Assembly (NCBI GenBank): GCA_045535215.1
Contig: JAZSLE010000214.1
Span: forward strand, 1-32,646
Reading direction: 5' to 3'
Length of the DNA stretch: 32,646 nucleotides
Source of the DNA: Eubacteriales bacterium
Lineage (GTDB): Bacteria; Bacillota; Clostridia; Oscillospirales; CAG-272
Below the pieces are notes generated by a model. That model made no database searches and had not been told where the DNA came from. It was given only the letters and a program-made list of their open reading frames with translations. The translations under genes and the position numbers were made by a program. Position 1 is the stretch's first letter. Every line of letters begins with the position of its first letter. Positions 6,704 to 14,489 of the stretch are shown here, in pieces.

Positions 6704-9427
6704 ATGGTAAAAAACAAGACGATATTCGTGCGTGCTTTGGCTACACTTCTTACGATACTCATGATAATGTCGATCGCTTGCATCGGTATTCTCGCGGACG
6801 AGGAAGCAGGAAGCGGCTCCGACTCTCAGTCGGGTGAGAGCACGACGGTAACTCCCGATTCAACAATTCCCTCTTCTTCAAGCCAAGAATCAAGTTCGAA
6901 CCAGGAGTCAAGCTCAACTCCGGAGGAATCTTCACCTGAGGACTCATCCGATGAAAGCTCCGAGGAGTCAACAAGCGCTCCCGTTGAGACAGAGCCTCCT
7001 AAGGTCGTATACGGATATCTTACTATAGGTTCTTATAAGCAGTCCTACGTTTCGGGTCAGTCCTTTGACCCTACGGGAATCTCCGTAGTTATCCTTTACG
7101 ATAACAACTCAACGGAAACCGTTCCCCTTTCCACCTATGGAAACTACGCTCCCACGACTCTTTCCGCATCCACAAAATCGGTAGTCGTAACGATAGCTCC
7201 CGGCATACAAGAATCCATTCCCGTATCGGTAAGCGCAAAGGAAGTAACCAATCTCAGAGTTGATATAGACAACATCCAGATCTTCAAGTACTCTTACCTC
7301 CAGGGTGAGAAATTTGAGACGACCGGACTCAAGGTTACGGCAACCTTTTCCGACGGATCCACCGAGACGGTACCTCACGACAAGCTCGTTCCCTCCGTTC
7401 CCGGTCCGCTTGATACGACAAACACGAAGATATCTCTTCAGTACGGCGGAAAGACAAGTAATGCAGTAAATATCACCGTAATCCCCGTAACCTCGATAAC
7501 CGCAGTTCCGGACGATCCTTCCTTCGCTCTCGGTCAGTATCAGGTGTTCGATAAGTCGAGACTTACAGTTACAGCAACCTACAGCAACGGCGCAACGAGA
7601 GTAGTTACCGACTACACCGTCGGCGGTTCTCTTAACGTTCCCGGCGATATCTCCATTCCGATAAGCTACTATTCGGCAACGACCGAAGTTAGGGCAACGG
7701 TATACGAGCTCACCGGCATCCACGCAGATACCGACAAGCTCGTAAAGGACTCCTACAACGAAAGAGAGTTCTTCAAGCCCGAGGGTCTTGTAGTATACGG
7801 TGAATATGCAGAGCTCGGCCAAAGCTTTGAGATCTCCGGATACACTGTTACAAACACTCCTCTTCTTCCCGACGAGGACGGAAAGGCTCTCATAGTCGTA
7901 ACGTTTATGGATATACTTACGGACAGCTTCCAGATCGACGTTTCTCCCATAACCGAGCTCGTAATAACTTCTCAGCCCAACCTTCTCAAGTACTATGAGG
8001 GCGAGGCAATAAACTTCACCGGCCTTGTAGTACGTGCGGTATTTGCAAACGGTCAGTACCTTGACAATTTCACAGCTTTCACAACACCCTCGGAAAGCCT
8101 TTATGCTGATGCAGCAAAGAAGCCCTATATCACATACGGCGCTCTTACCGCAGAGATCAACGCAAACATCGTAGCAATGTCCGCTATCGGCGTAATAAAG
8201 AACCCCACAAGAATACTTTACACCGAAGGAGAGATCTTCGACCCTACCGGAATCGAGATAGTTGCCTACTATACGGACGGAACCTACACGGAAGTCGAGA
8301 TAGGTGCATGCACCTTCCCGACCGAGCCTCTTGAGATCTACGACAGAAGTGTTACGGTAACCTACAAGGAATTCAGCGACACAATAGAGATCAGCGTTAC
8401 CGACAAGGTATACGCAAAGGCTCTCGACGCTGTAGTTCTTCCCAAGGTAGAATACGTTTCCGGTCAGGAGCTCTCGCTTGAAGGTCTCAAGCTTATAGTT
8501 TCGTTCAGCGACGGCTCCTCCAAGGCTCTTGAGCTTACAGAAGTCACCGTTGCTCCCGCAGAAGGCACACAGCTCTTCAGCGGTATAGACACAAAGATCA
8601 CAGTTACCTACGTTCACGACGAAGAACAGACGATAACACTTGAGATACCGATAACCGTTTCGGAGAAGCAGCCGATATCTCTTATCATATCTCAGAACCC
8701 CGAAAAGCTCGTATACACCGAAGGTGAAAAGTTTGATCCCAAGGGAATGATAATCAGAGCTTACTACAATGACAACACGCTTGAGGAGATCACAAACTAC
8801 TCCTTCACAAAGGATCCCTTCATAATATCATCTACGTCAGCTGAGGAGGTATACGTAACGATATCCTCCGGAGAAGCAGAGGTAACGTTGAAGGTAACGG
8901 TAAATCCGTCCATCATATCCAAGCTTTTGATAACAACACCTCCTACGAAGACGACATACAAGTCGGGCGAATACTTCGATCCCGCAGGAATGATAGTAAA
9001 GGCTACCTTCGCTAACGGCGTTACGGTAACGGTTCCCTCCGATATGTACGATGTATCCCACACAGGAACGCTCAGCGCAACCGACTCTGTAGTAACGATA
9101 AGCTTCAGAGGAAAGTCCGCACCCCTTACTATCAGCGTAGACGGTGAAATAGTCACCACGCCTCCCACCATCGAAACGACGACTCCCGAAGATTCGATAA
9201 CCACTCCCGAGCCTATAACGTCTCCCAAGGATCCCGAAACAAATCCCCCCACTTCCGAGACAACAACTCGCGATAACGGGGATGAAACAACAACAGATCC
9301 CGACGCAACAACACAGGCGCCGAAGCCCTCCAATACGGGCATAAAGATCCTCTTTATCTGCCTCATACTCTTCATAGTCGCTCTCGTTGTTGTACTCATA
9401 ATCTACTACAGAAGACACTTCTGCTAA
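6704..9427 (+). CDS. cell-surface protein: signal peptide, Ser-rich linker, nine Ig-like (Big_3-type) repeats, Thr/Pro-rich stalk, C-terminal TM anchor
   Basis: I start at ATG 6704 (MVKNKTIFVRALATLL..., signal-like, cleavage near ILA/DEE) because the promoter at 6573-6601 excludes the ATG at 6542. The recurrent motif Y-x-x-G-E/Q-x-F-D-P-x-G-[LIM]-x-[VI]-x-A-x-[FY]-x-D/N-G is present. The C-terminus is IKILFICLILFIVALVVVLIIYY followed by RRHFC. Confidence 0.8.
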   Translation: MVKNKTIFVRALATLLTILMIMSIACIGILADEEAGSGSDSQSGESTTVTPDSTIPSSSSQESSSNQESSSTPEESSPEDSSDESSEESTSAPVETEPPKVVYGYLTIGSYKQSYVSGQSFDPTGISVVILYDNNSTETVPLSTYGNYAPTTLSASTKSVVVTIAPGIQESIPVSVSAKEVTNLRVDIDNIQIFKYSYLQGEKFETTGLKVTATFSDGSTETVPHDKLVPSVPGPLDTTNTKISLQYGGKTSNAVNITVIPVTSITAVPDDPSFALGQYQVFDKSRLTVTATYSNGATRVVTDYTVGGSLNVPGDISIPISYYSATTEVRATVYELTGIHADTDKLVKDSYNEREFFKPEGLVVYGEYAELGQSFEISGYTVTNTPLLPDEDGKALIVVTFMDILTDSFQIDVSPITELVITSQPNLLKYYEGEAINFTGLVVRAVFANGQYLDNFTAFTTPSESLYADAAKKPYITYGALTAEINANIVAMSAIGVIKNPTRILYTEGEIFDPTGIEIVAYYTDGTYTEVEIGACTFPTEPLEIYDRSVTVTYKEFSDTIEISVTDKVYAKALDAVVLPKVEYVSGQELSLEGLKLIVSFSDGSSKALELTEVTVAPAEGTQLFSGIDTKITVTYVHDEEQTITLEIPITVSEKQPISLIISQNPEKLVYTEGEKFDPKGMIIRAYYNDNTLEEITNYSFTKDPFIISSTSAEEVYVTISSGEAEVTLKVTVNPSIISKLLITTPPTKTTYKSGEYFDPAGMIVKATFANGVTVTVPSDMYDVSHTGTLSATDSVVTISFRGKSAPLTISVDGEIVTTPPTIETTTPEDSITTPEPITSPKDPETNPPTSETTTRDNGDETTTDPDATTQAPKPSNTGIKILFICLILFIVALVVVLIIYYRRHFC
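7001..9148 (+). repeat. array of nine tandem ~75-85-aa Ig-like domain repeats (protein-level, diverged at the DNA level)
   Basis: Repeat cores seen: YVSGQSFDPTGISVVILYDNNST, YLQGEKFETTGLKVTATFSDGST, FDKSRLTVTATYSNGAT, FFKPEGLVVYGEY, YYEGEAINFTGLVVRAVFANGQ, YTEGEIFDPTGIEIVAYYTDGT, YVSGQELSLEGLKLIVSFSDGS, YTEGEKFDPKGMIIRAYYNDNT, YKSGEYFDPAGMIVKATFANGV. Confidence 0.7.
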
Positions 9428-9445
9428 TGCTGAAGTGTAACGAAT

Positions 9446-9490
9446 AAAAAAATCAGCACCGCGGCGGCGCCGCGGTGCTGATTTTATTTT
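9446..9490. terminator. bidirectional rho-independent terminator shared by the convergent surface-protein and MATE genes
   Basis: 13-bp GC-rich perfect stem: ATCAGCACCGCGG (9452-9464) pairs with CCGCGGTGCTGAT (9470-9482). An A-run lies upstream (9446-9451) and TTTTATTTT downstream. Confidence 0.8.
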
Positions 9491-9496
9491 CATTTC

Positions 9497-10885
9497 TCAA
9501 TCAAAGGTCGTAACGACTTTTTTGTCCGCCCTCATGAGTTTGTTTATAGTAACGTAGAACAACGGTACAAGAAACATATCCGCGGCAAGCCATGCAACGG
9601 GTTCTGCATACACAAGCGAAGCATATCCGAGCGCACCGACGAATACAAACGACATAAGAGTTCTTCCGATAAGCTCGAGCACCCCGCCTATCATGGCCGC
9701 AGAAGAGGAGCCTATAGCTTGAAGCGTGTTTCTGTATATAAACACGGCGGCAAGCAACGGATACAACAAGCATATCGCAAACATAAACTCTCTTGCGTAC
9801 TTAAGCATATCGTCAAAATACAAAAGCGCGTCTCCGGTGCTTCGGTCTATGAACATATACATCATTCCGTCGAAGCAGAAGATGCATATTATCGAGCATA
9901 TAGCCCAGAATATCAACGAATAAAGCATTCCGATATGAACTCCGCGCTTTATTCGGTCAAATTTTCCCGCGCCGTAATTCTGTCCCGCAAAGGTAGACAT
10001 CGTACCGCCGAGAGAGTTAAACGGCGTTGTAAGTAAGGTCTCCGCCTTCGACGATGCGGTATACGCCGTTACGATTCCGGGATGCATCGCGTTCATCGAA
10101 TTAAGAGCGCCCTGCCTGAACATACATCCTACGGCAGTGATAGAATACTGAAGAGCCATAGGCAAGCCAACCGACATAAGCCGCTTTACCATTTCCGTTC
10201 TCGGCATCCACTCCGAGCCTCTCGGACGAAGCTCCGGATATTTTACGTACAGATAGAAATAACACAACGCTCCCGCTATGATCTGACTTATAACGGTAGC
10301 CCATCCCGCGCCGGTTTTTTCCATGCCAAAAACTATAATAAACAACAGATCGAGCAATATATTCAGAACCGTTCCGAAAACGAGGAAGTACAGGGGCATC
10401 TTACTGTTTCCGACCGCGCGGAGAAGTCCCGACATTATATTATATAGGATGGTAGCGCCTATTCCCGCAAAGACCACCACGAGGTACCAATACGCATATT
10501 CATAGTATGCATCAGGCGTCTGCATAAGGTCGAGAAGAGGACCCGAAAGAGGAACGGCAATGGCAGTGAGCACTACCGTCATAACACCGCACAGGACGAT
10601 TGAGTTTGCTATACTCCTTCTTACTCCCTCAACGTTTCCCGCTCCGTAGAAATTACTCGTTATTACCGAGAACCCTGCCGTGAGCCCCCAAACGAGACCC
10701 ATAACGAAAAAAGTGATAGATCCGGTGGAGCCTACGCCCGTCATAGCGTCGGCAGAGATAAATCTTCCCACTATAAGCGTATCCAACATATTGTATAGCT
10801 GTTGAAATAGATTACCGAGAAGTATCGGTACAAAAAATTTAAATATATGCTTATAAGGGCTGCCCCTTGTCATATCACCGCTCAT
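9497..10885 (-). CDS. MATE family efflux transporter
   Basis: Polytopic membrane protein with the typical MATE N-terminus (FKFFVPILLGNLFQQLYNMLDTLIVGRF). Start chosen at ATG 10885 (MSGDMTRG...) with GGAGA 6 nt upstream. The track TTG at 10903 lies only about 10 nt from the predicted transcription start. Confidence 0.85.
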   Translation of the reverse strand: MSGDMTRGSPYKHIFKFFVPILLGNLFQQLYNMLDTLIVGRFISADAMTGVGSTGSITFFVMGLVWGLTAGFSVITSNFYGAGNVEGVRRSIANSIVLCGVMTVVLTAIAVPLSGPLLDLMQTPDAYYEYAYWYLVVVFAGIGATILYNIMSGLLRAVGNSKMPLYFLVFGTVLNILLDLLFIIVFGMEKTGAGWATVISQIIAGALCYFYLYVKYPELRPRGSEWMPRTEMVKRLMSVGLPMALQYSITAVGCMFRQGALNSMNAMHPGIVTAYTASSKAETLLTTPFNSLGGTMSTFAGQNYGAGKFDRIKRGVHIGMLYSLIFWAICSIICIFCFDGMMYMFIDRSTGDALLYFDDMLKYAREFMFAICLLYPLLAAVFIYRNTLQAIGSSSAAMIGGVLELIGRTLMSFVFVGALGYASLVYAEPVAWLAADMFLVPLFYVTINKLMRADKKVVTTFD

Positions 10886-10919
10886 ACACATTCTCCGATA
10901 CAAAAATCATTGCCATACG

Positions 10920-10948
10920 ATTATACCATAAACGAAATGAATTGTCAA
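10920..10948 (-). promoter_or_regulatory. consensus SigA promoter for the MATE gene
   Basis: Read on the minus strand: TTGACA (10948-10943), 17-nt spacer, TGgTATAAT (-10 at 10925-10920). Both hexamers are perfect and the extended -10 TG is present. Confidence 0.7.
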
Positions 10949-10994
10949 TACGTAACCATGCGGAAGGATCCTATTCAGCTTAATTCCTTCCTGC

Positions 10995-11034
10995 ATATAA
11001 AAACTCCCCGAGACACTGTCAGCGTCTCGGGGAG
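10995..11034 (-). terminator. rho-independent terminator of ftsK
   Basis: 11-bp perfect stem: CTCCCCGAGAC (11004-11014) pairs with GTCTCGGGGAG (11024-11034). On the minus strand it is followed by TTTTTATAT. Confidence 0.75.
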
Positions 11035-11042
11035 TTGGGTAA

Positions 11043-13772
11043 TTATTTCTCGGAATATCCGTCTATACGCGGATCGTTTTCCATCACCATCGTGTCAAAC
11101 TGGTCTCTCGTTATAAGCACCTCTCTGTGCTTGTTTCCGCGCGGAGGAGAAACAAAATGAAGCTTTTCCATTCTGTCTATTATTCTCGCCGCTCTGCCGT
11201 AGCCGACGTTGATGTTTCTCTGAAGCATACTCGTTGCAACGCTTCCGTTATCCACAGATATCTCAAGCGCCTTTCTGAACAAGGGATCCGAGTCTCCGCT
11301 GATCACCTCGCCTGTACCTGCCGATGCAGAGCCCTTCTTCTGTCCACACATTGCCGCTGCTTCCTCTATGCTGCTTATGACTCCGTCATCGTACTTGACG
11401 GCAGATGAGTTTGCCTTGATGAAGTTGGTTATATTTATTACCTCGTCCTCACTGATGAACGCACCCTGAACTCTTATCGGCTTCATAGCTCCGACAGGGT
11501 TAAAGAGCATATCGCCCTTTCCTATCAGCTTTTCCGCACCTGCGGTATCCAATATCGTTCTCGAGTCTATCTGAGACGCAACGGTGAACGCGATACGTGA
11601 AGGAATATTTGACTTGATAAGACCTGTGATTACGTCTACGCTGGGTCGCTGTGTACCTATAATTATATGGATACCTGCGGCTCTCGCCTTCTGCGCAAGA
11701 CGGCATATCGACGTTTCAACGTCGTCTGCCGCAGTCATCATAAGGTCTGCAAGCTCGTCTATGACTATAACGATGTGAGGCATAAATTCCTTTTCGGGAT
11801 CGCCCGCCGTTATAGCGTTGTAGGTCTTTATGTCACGCATATTTACCGACTCTATAAGCTCGAATCGGCGCTCCATCTCATTGACCGCCCACTGAAGCGT
11901 TCCCGCGCTCTTTTTGGGATCGGTAACTACCGGAACGAGAAGGTGAGGTATTCCGTTATATACACCGAACTCTACCTTTTTCGGGTCTATGAGAATAAGC
12001 TTTACCTCGTCGGGACGAGCCTTATAAAGGAGGCTGACGATTATCGTATTGATACATACCGATTTACCCATACCTGTCGCACCGGCGATAAGAAGGTGAG
12101 GCATCTTTGATATATCAAAGAACACCGGCTCTCCCGCAACGTTCTTTCCGAGAGATACCTGAAGTCTGCTTTCGGCATTCTTGAAGGTATCAGATTCTAT
12201 AAGTTGTCTTGCATATACGTTTGCCCTTACCTTATTGGGAACCTCGATTCCGACAAGGCTCTTATTGGGGATCGGGGCCTCCATTCTTATACCCGACGTT
12301 GCAAGTGCAAGTCCGATATCGTCAACAAGGTTTGCTATAGTTCTTATTCTCGTACCCGAATCCGGCAAAAGCTCGTATCTCGTTATCGTGGGGCCTCTTG
12401 AATAGGATATCTCCTTTATTCCGACCTTGAAGTTGTTGAAGGTCTTCATAAGAGTGTCAACGTTTGCCATAAGCTCGGCCTCGGCATCTGCAACAACTGT
12501 TTCGGATTCCATTCTGAGAAGGTTATACGGCGGGAAGGTGTACTCTATGAGGTCGTCTCCTCTCGCGTCAAGCTTTGACATACGCTCGGTACGCTCCTCT
12601 CTCGTTTCCTCCTTGCCCTCGCCGAGACAAACGCCGTCCGGAGTTTCGTCATCATTTTCGATCTTCTTTATTGACACCTGACGTACCTCAAGCTTTTCCG
12701 CCTTAGCTCCGTCGTTGCTTGCGCAGGGCTCAACGAATATTTGTCCAAGCTCTACCTCACCGTCGTCGGGATCTACCGTAGTGTCTCCCTTGCTATCGTT
12801 AATAACCTTATCTATCGCGCCGAAAAGAGATCCTCTTTTCTTCTTCTCAGGGCTTTCCTCGGGAGTCTCCTCAGCCTTTTTTGCACTTTCAAGGCGAGCC
12901 TTTTCCTCCTGCTCAAGCTTTTCCTGCTGTGCGCGCTTCTTTTCCTCTTCCTTAGCCTTCTTTTCGGCTTCCCTTGCAAGCTTGCGCTCGTTCTCTTCCT
13001 TGACCTTACGCTCTATCTCCTCAAGCTCGCGCTCTCTATCCTCTTTTCTGCGCTCCTCTTCCTTCTCTGCCTCTTCCTTCGCCTTTTCACGATTTATTCT
13101 CGCCCTTTCCTTAACGTATCTTACGCGAGCTCTTATCGCGTTCCACACCTCAACGGGAGATATACCGACAAGGAATATAGCAAATACCACAAGCAGAGCA
13201 ATTCCGATTACAGACGTTCCTATAACGTTGAGGAGCTTATATGCGCATTCACCGAAGAATCCGCCGATAAGTCCCGCACCTTCAAGTGCCTTTCCGGCAA
13301 CGTAAAGGTCTCCGAGCTTGAATATACCGAACTCTGCACCTCTCGCATTTATCGCGAAAACGTGTATTACCGCACTGAGATCTATAAGAGTGAGCACGGT
13401 TATTACCGACTTTGAGCGAAGAGTGTTCTCGGCGTTGAATCTGTTCCATCTTATACCGAGATATGCGAACAAAAACGGGATCACGTACGCCGAAACTCCG
13501 AAGAGTCCGCACATGAAGTTTCTCATGCTTCTTCCAACAACGCCAAGTGCATCCTTGCTGTCAAACATATCGTGCGTTATAAAGCACAAAAGAAGAAACA
13601 CGGAGAATACCACAAGGAAGTACGGTATCAGCTGGCGCAAGAACATCACGCGCTTATCCGCTTCGCTCATCCTTCTGTTTTTGTTTTTATCCGACGACCC
13701 ACTGCCGTCGGTAAGCTTTAACTTTTCACGCTCTGTATCCTTGTTATCCCTCATCACAAATATCAACGCCAA
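11043..13772 (-). CDS. ftsK: DNA translocase FtsK/SpoIIIE
   Basis: 909 aa. N-terminal TM helices, a Lys/Glu-rich low-complexity linker (about aa 216-313), Walker A GATGMGKS, Walker B IVIVIDELADL, and a C-terminal winged-helix gamma-like domain. The track start is TTG 13772, with GAAAGG 8 nt upstream. ATG 13754 is an alternative but lacks an RBS. Confidence 0.9.
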   Translation of the reverse strand: MALIFVMRDNKDTEREKLKLTDGSGSSDKNKNRRMSEADKRVMFLRQLIPYFLVVFSVFLLLCFITHDMFDSKDALGVVGRSMRNFMCGLFGVSAYVIPFLFAYLGIRWNRFNAENTLRSKSVITVLTLIDLSAVIHVFAINARGAEFGIFKLGDLYVAGKALEGAGLIGGFFGECAYKLLNVIGTSVIGIALLVVFAIFLVGISPVEVWNAIRARVRYVKERARINREKAKEEAEKEEERRKEDRERELEEIERKVKEENERKLAREAEKKAKEEEKKRAQQEKLEQEEKARLESAKKAEETPEESPEKKKRGSLFGAIDKVINDSKGDTTVDPDDGEVELGQIFVEPCASNDGAKAEKLEVRQVSIKKIENDDETPDGVCLGEGKEETREERTERMSKLDARGDDLIEYTFPPYNLLRMESETVVADAEAELMANVDTLMKTFNNFKVGIKEISYSRGPTITRYELLPDSGTRIRTIANLVDDIGLALATSGIRMEAPIPNKSLVGIEVPNKVRANVYARQLIESDTFKNAESRLQVSLGKNVAGEPVFFDISKMPHLLIAGATGMGKSVCINTIIVSLLYKARPDEVKLILIDPKKVEFGVYNGIPHLLVPVVTDPKKSAGTLQWAVNEMERRFELIESVNMRDIKTYNAITAGDPEKEFMPHIVIVIDELADLMMTAADDVETSICRLAQKARAAGIHIIIGTQRPSVDVITGLIKSNIPSRIAFTVASQIDSRTILDTAGAEKLIGKGDMLFNPVGAMKPIRVQGAFISEDEVINITNFIKANSSAVKYDDGVISSIEEAAAMCGQKKGSASAGTGEVISGDSDPLFRKALEISVDNGSVATSMLQRNINVGYGRAARIIDRMEKLHFVSPPRGNKHREVLITRDQFDTMVMENDPRIDGYSEK

Positions 13773-13812
13773 ACGGCGCGCCTTTCAAAGAATAAATTAG
13801 TCATACACTTAT

Positions 13813-13840
13813 ATTATACCATAATTATTGAAAAAATCAA
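13813..13840 (-). promoter_or_regulatory. putative extended -10 promoter for ftsK
   Basis: Read on the minus strand: TTGATT (13840-13835), 16-nt spacer, TGgTATAAT (-10 at 13818-13813). Confidence 0.55.
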
Positions 13841-13921
13841 GCCCTTGTTTCCTTTTTTTTGCCCCTCAAAATATCTATACACAAAATTTTCAGAGAATTT
13901 ACAAATTAGTTTCGGAATCTC

Positions 13922-13950
13922 TTTACAATATTTTGAAAGTGTGATATAAT
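13922..13950 (+). promoter_or_regulatory. putative extended -10 promoter for rpsO
   Basis: TTTACA (13922-13927), 17-nt spacer, TGaTATAAT (-10 at 13945-13950). Confidence 0.65.
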
Positions 13951-13956
13951 ATATAT

Positions 13957-14046
13957 ACGCTTTCACGGGCATCGGATATAAACCGTATAACGGGCTTCAC
14001 CTGCCGACGCCTGTGGCTGCGAATATATTTTATGAGGTGAAAAAAC
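13957..14046 (+). promoter_or_regulatory. structured rpsO 5' leader (candidate S15 autoregulatory element)
   Basis: About 90-nt leader. A 12-bp helix forms between CACGGGCATCGG (13964-13975) and CCGACGCCTGTG (14004-14015), with one A-C mismatch and one G-U pair. It encloses a small CCGT-ATA-ACGG hairpin. The GAGGTGA RBS follows at 14034-14040. Confidence 0.35.
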
Positions 14047-14313
14047 ATGCTTACAAGAGAAGAAAAGCAGGCAATCATCAGCAAGTACGCAACAAAAGAG
14101 GGCGATACAGGTTCACCCGAGGTTCAGATCGCGATCCTTACTTACAGAATCAACAGTCTGAACGAGCATCTTAAGACTAACCACAACGACCATCACAGCA
14201 GAAGAGGTCTTCTTAAGATGGTTGGTCACAGACGCAATCTGCTTAACTACCTGATGAAGAACGACATCGAGCGCTACAGAGACATCATCAAGAAGCTCGA
14301 TATCCGTAAGTAA
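14047..14313 (+). CDS. rpsO: 30S ribosomal protein S15
   Basis: 88 aa. [44 protein letters not shown] is an unmistakable S15 sequence. Confidence 0.95.
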   Translation: MLTREEKQAIISKYATKEGDTGSPEVQIAILTYRINSLNEHLKTNHNDHHSRRGLLKMVGHRRNLLNYLMKNDIERYRDIIKKLDIRK

Positions 14314-14326
14314 TTTACGGACCATT

Positions 14327-14364
14327 CGTGTATCCGCCCAAACGGGCGGGTGCACGGATTATTT
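14327..14364 (+). terminator. rpsO terminator/attenuator hairpin
   Basis: 13-bp stem: CGTGTATCCGCCC (14327-14339) pairs with GGGCGGGTGCACG (14344-14356), with two G-U pairs and an AAAC loop. It is followed only by the weak T-tract GATTATTT, so partial read-through into pnp is plausible. Confidence 0.45.
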
Positions 14365-14393
14365 AAGTAAAAAAGTGAACCGTCTTTATATGT

Positions 14394-14440
14394 TTAGCAG
14401 TTAAATGCACACAAGCCGATTGCGTGCGTTTAAGTGCTAA
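14394..14440 (+). promoter_or_regulatory. long imperfect stem-loop in the pnp leader
   Basis: TTAGCAGTTAAATGCAC (14394-14410) pairs with GTGCGTTTAAGTGCTAA (14424-14440): 17 positions with one G-G mismatch and one G-U pair. It lies 50 nt upstream of the pnp ATG. Confidence 0.35.
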
Positions 14441-14489
14441 CCTTTGAAGATGGGGATCAAAAAAATATATTATCTTCGGAGGAACTGAT

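Noticed and set aside
7109-8617. 502-aa minus-strand ORF inside the Ig-repeat surface protein gene. The overlapping minus ORFs 8797..9399 and 8837..9493 are included here.
   Set aside because: 7109..8617 is in the codon-complementary shadow frame of a gene with clear domain repeats, and its sequence is Cys/Arg/Tyr/Gly-rich nonsense. The other two lie in the low-complexity Thr/Pro linker region.
9326-9343. KPSNTG immediately before the C-terminal TM helix, considered as a sortase motif.
   Set aside because: It is not LPXTG, SPXTG or LAXTG, since the spacing between Pro and Thr is wrong. No sortase gene is in the window. It is kept only as a remark within the surface-protein finding.
12834-13127. 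About 100-aa Lys/Glu-rich coiled-coil-like tract in FtsK, considered as a possible insertion or separate domain.
   Set aside because: FtsK/SpoIIIE linkers are known to be variable, low-complexity and lineage-specific. Nothing here suggests a mobile insertion.
12715-13415. Two overlapping plus-strand ORFs (196 and 224 aa) rich in Ser, Phe and Leu.
   Set aside because: They are the antisense reading of the Lys/Glu-rich (AAG/GAG/GAA) low-complexity linker of ftsK. Low-complexity DNA stays open in several frames.
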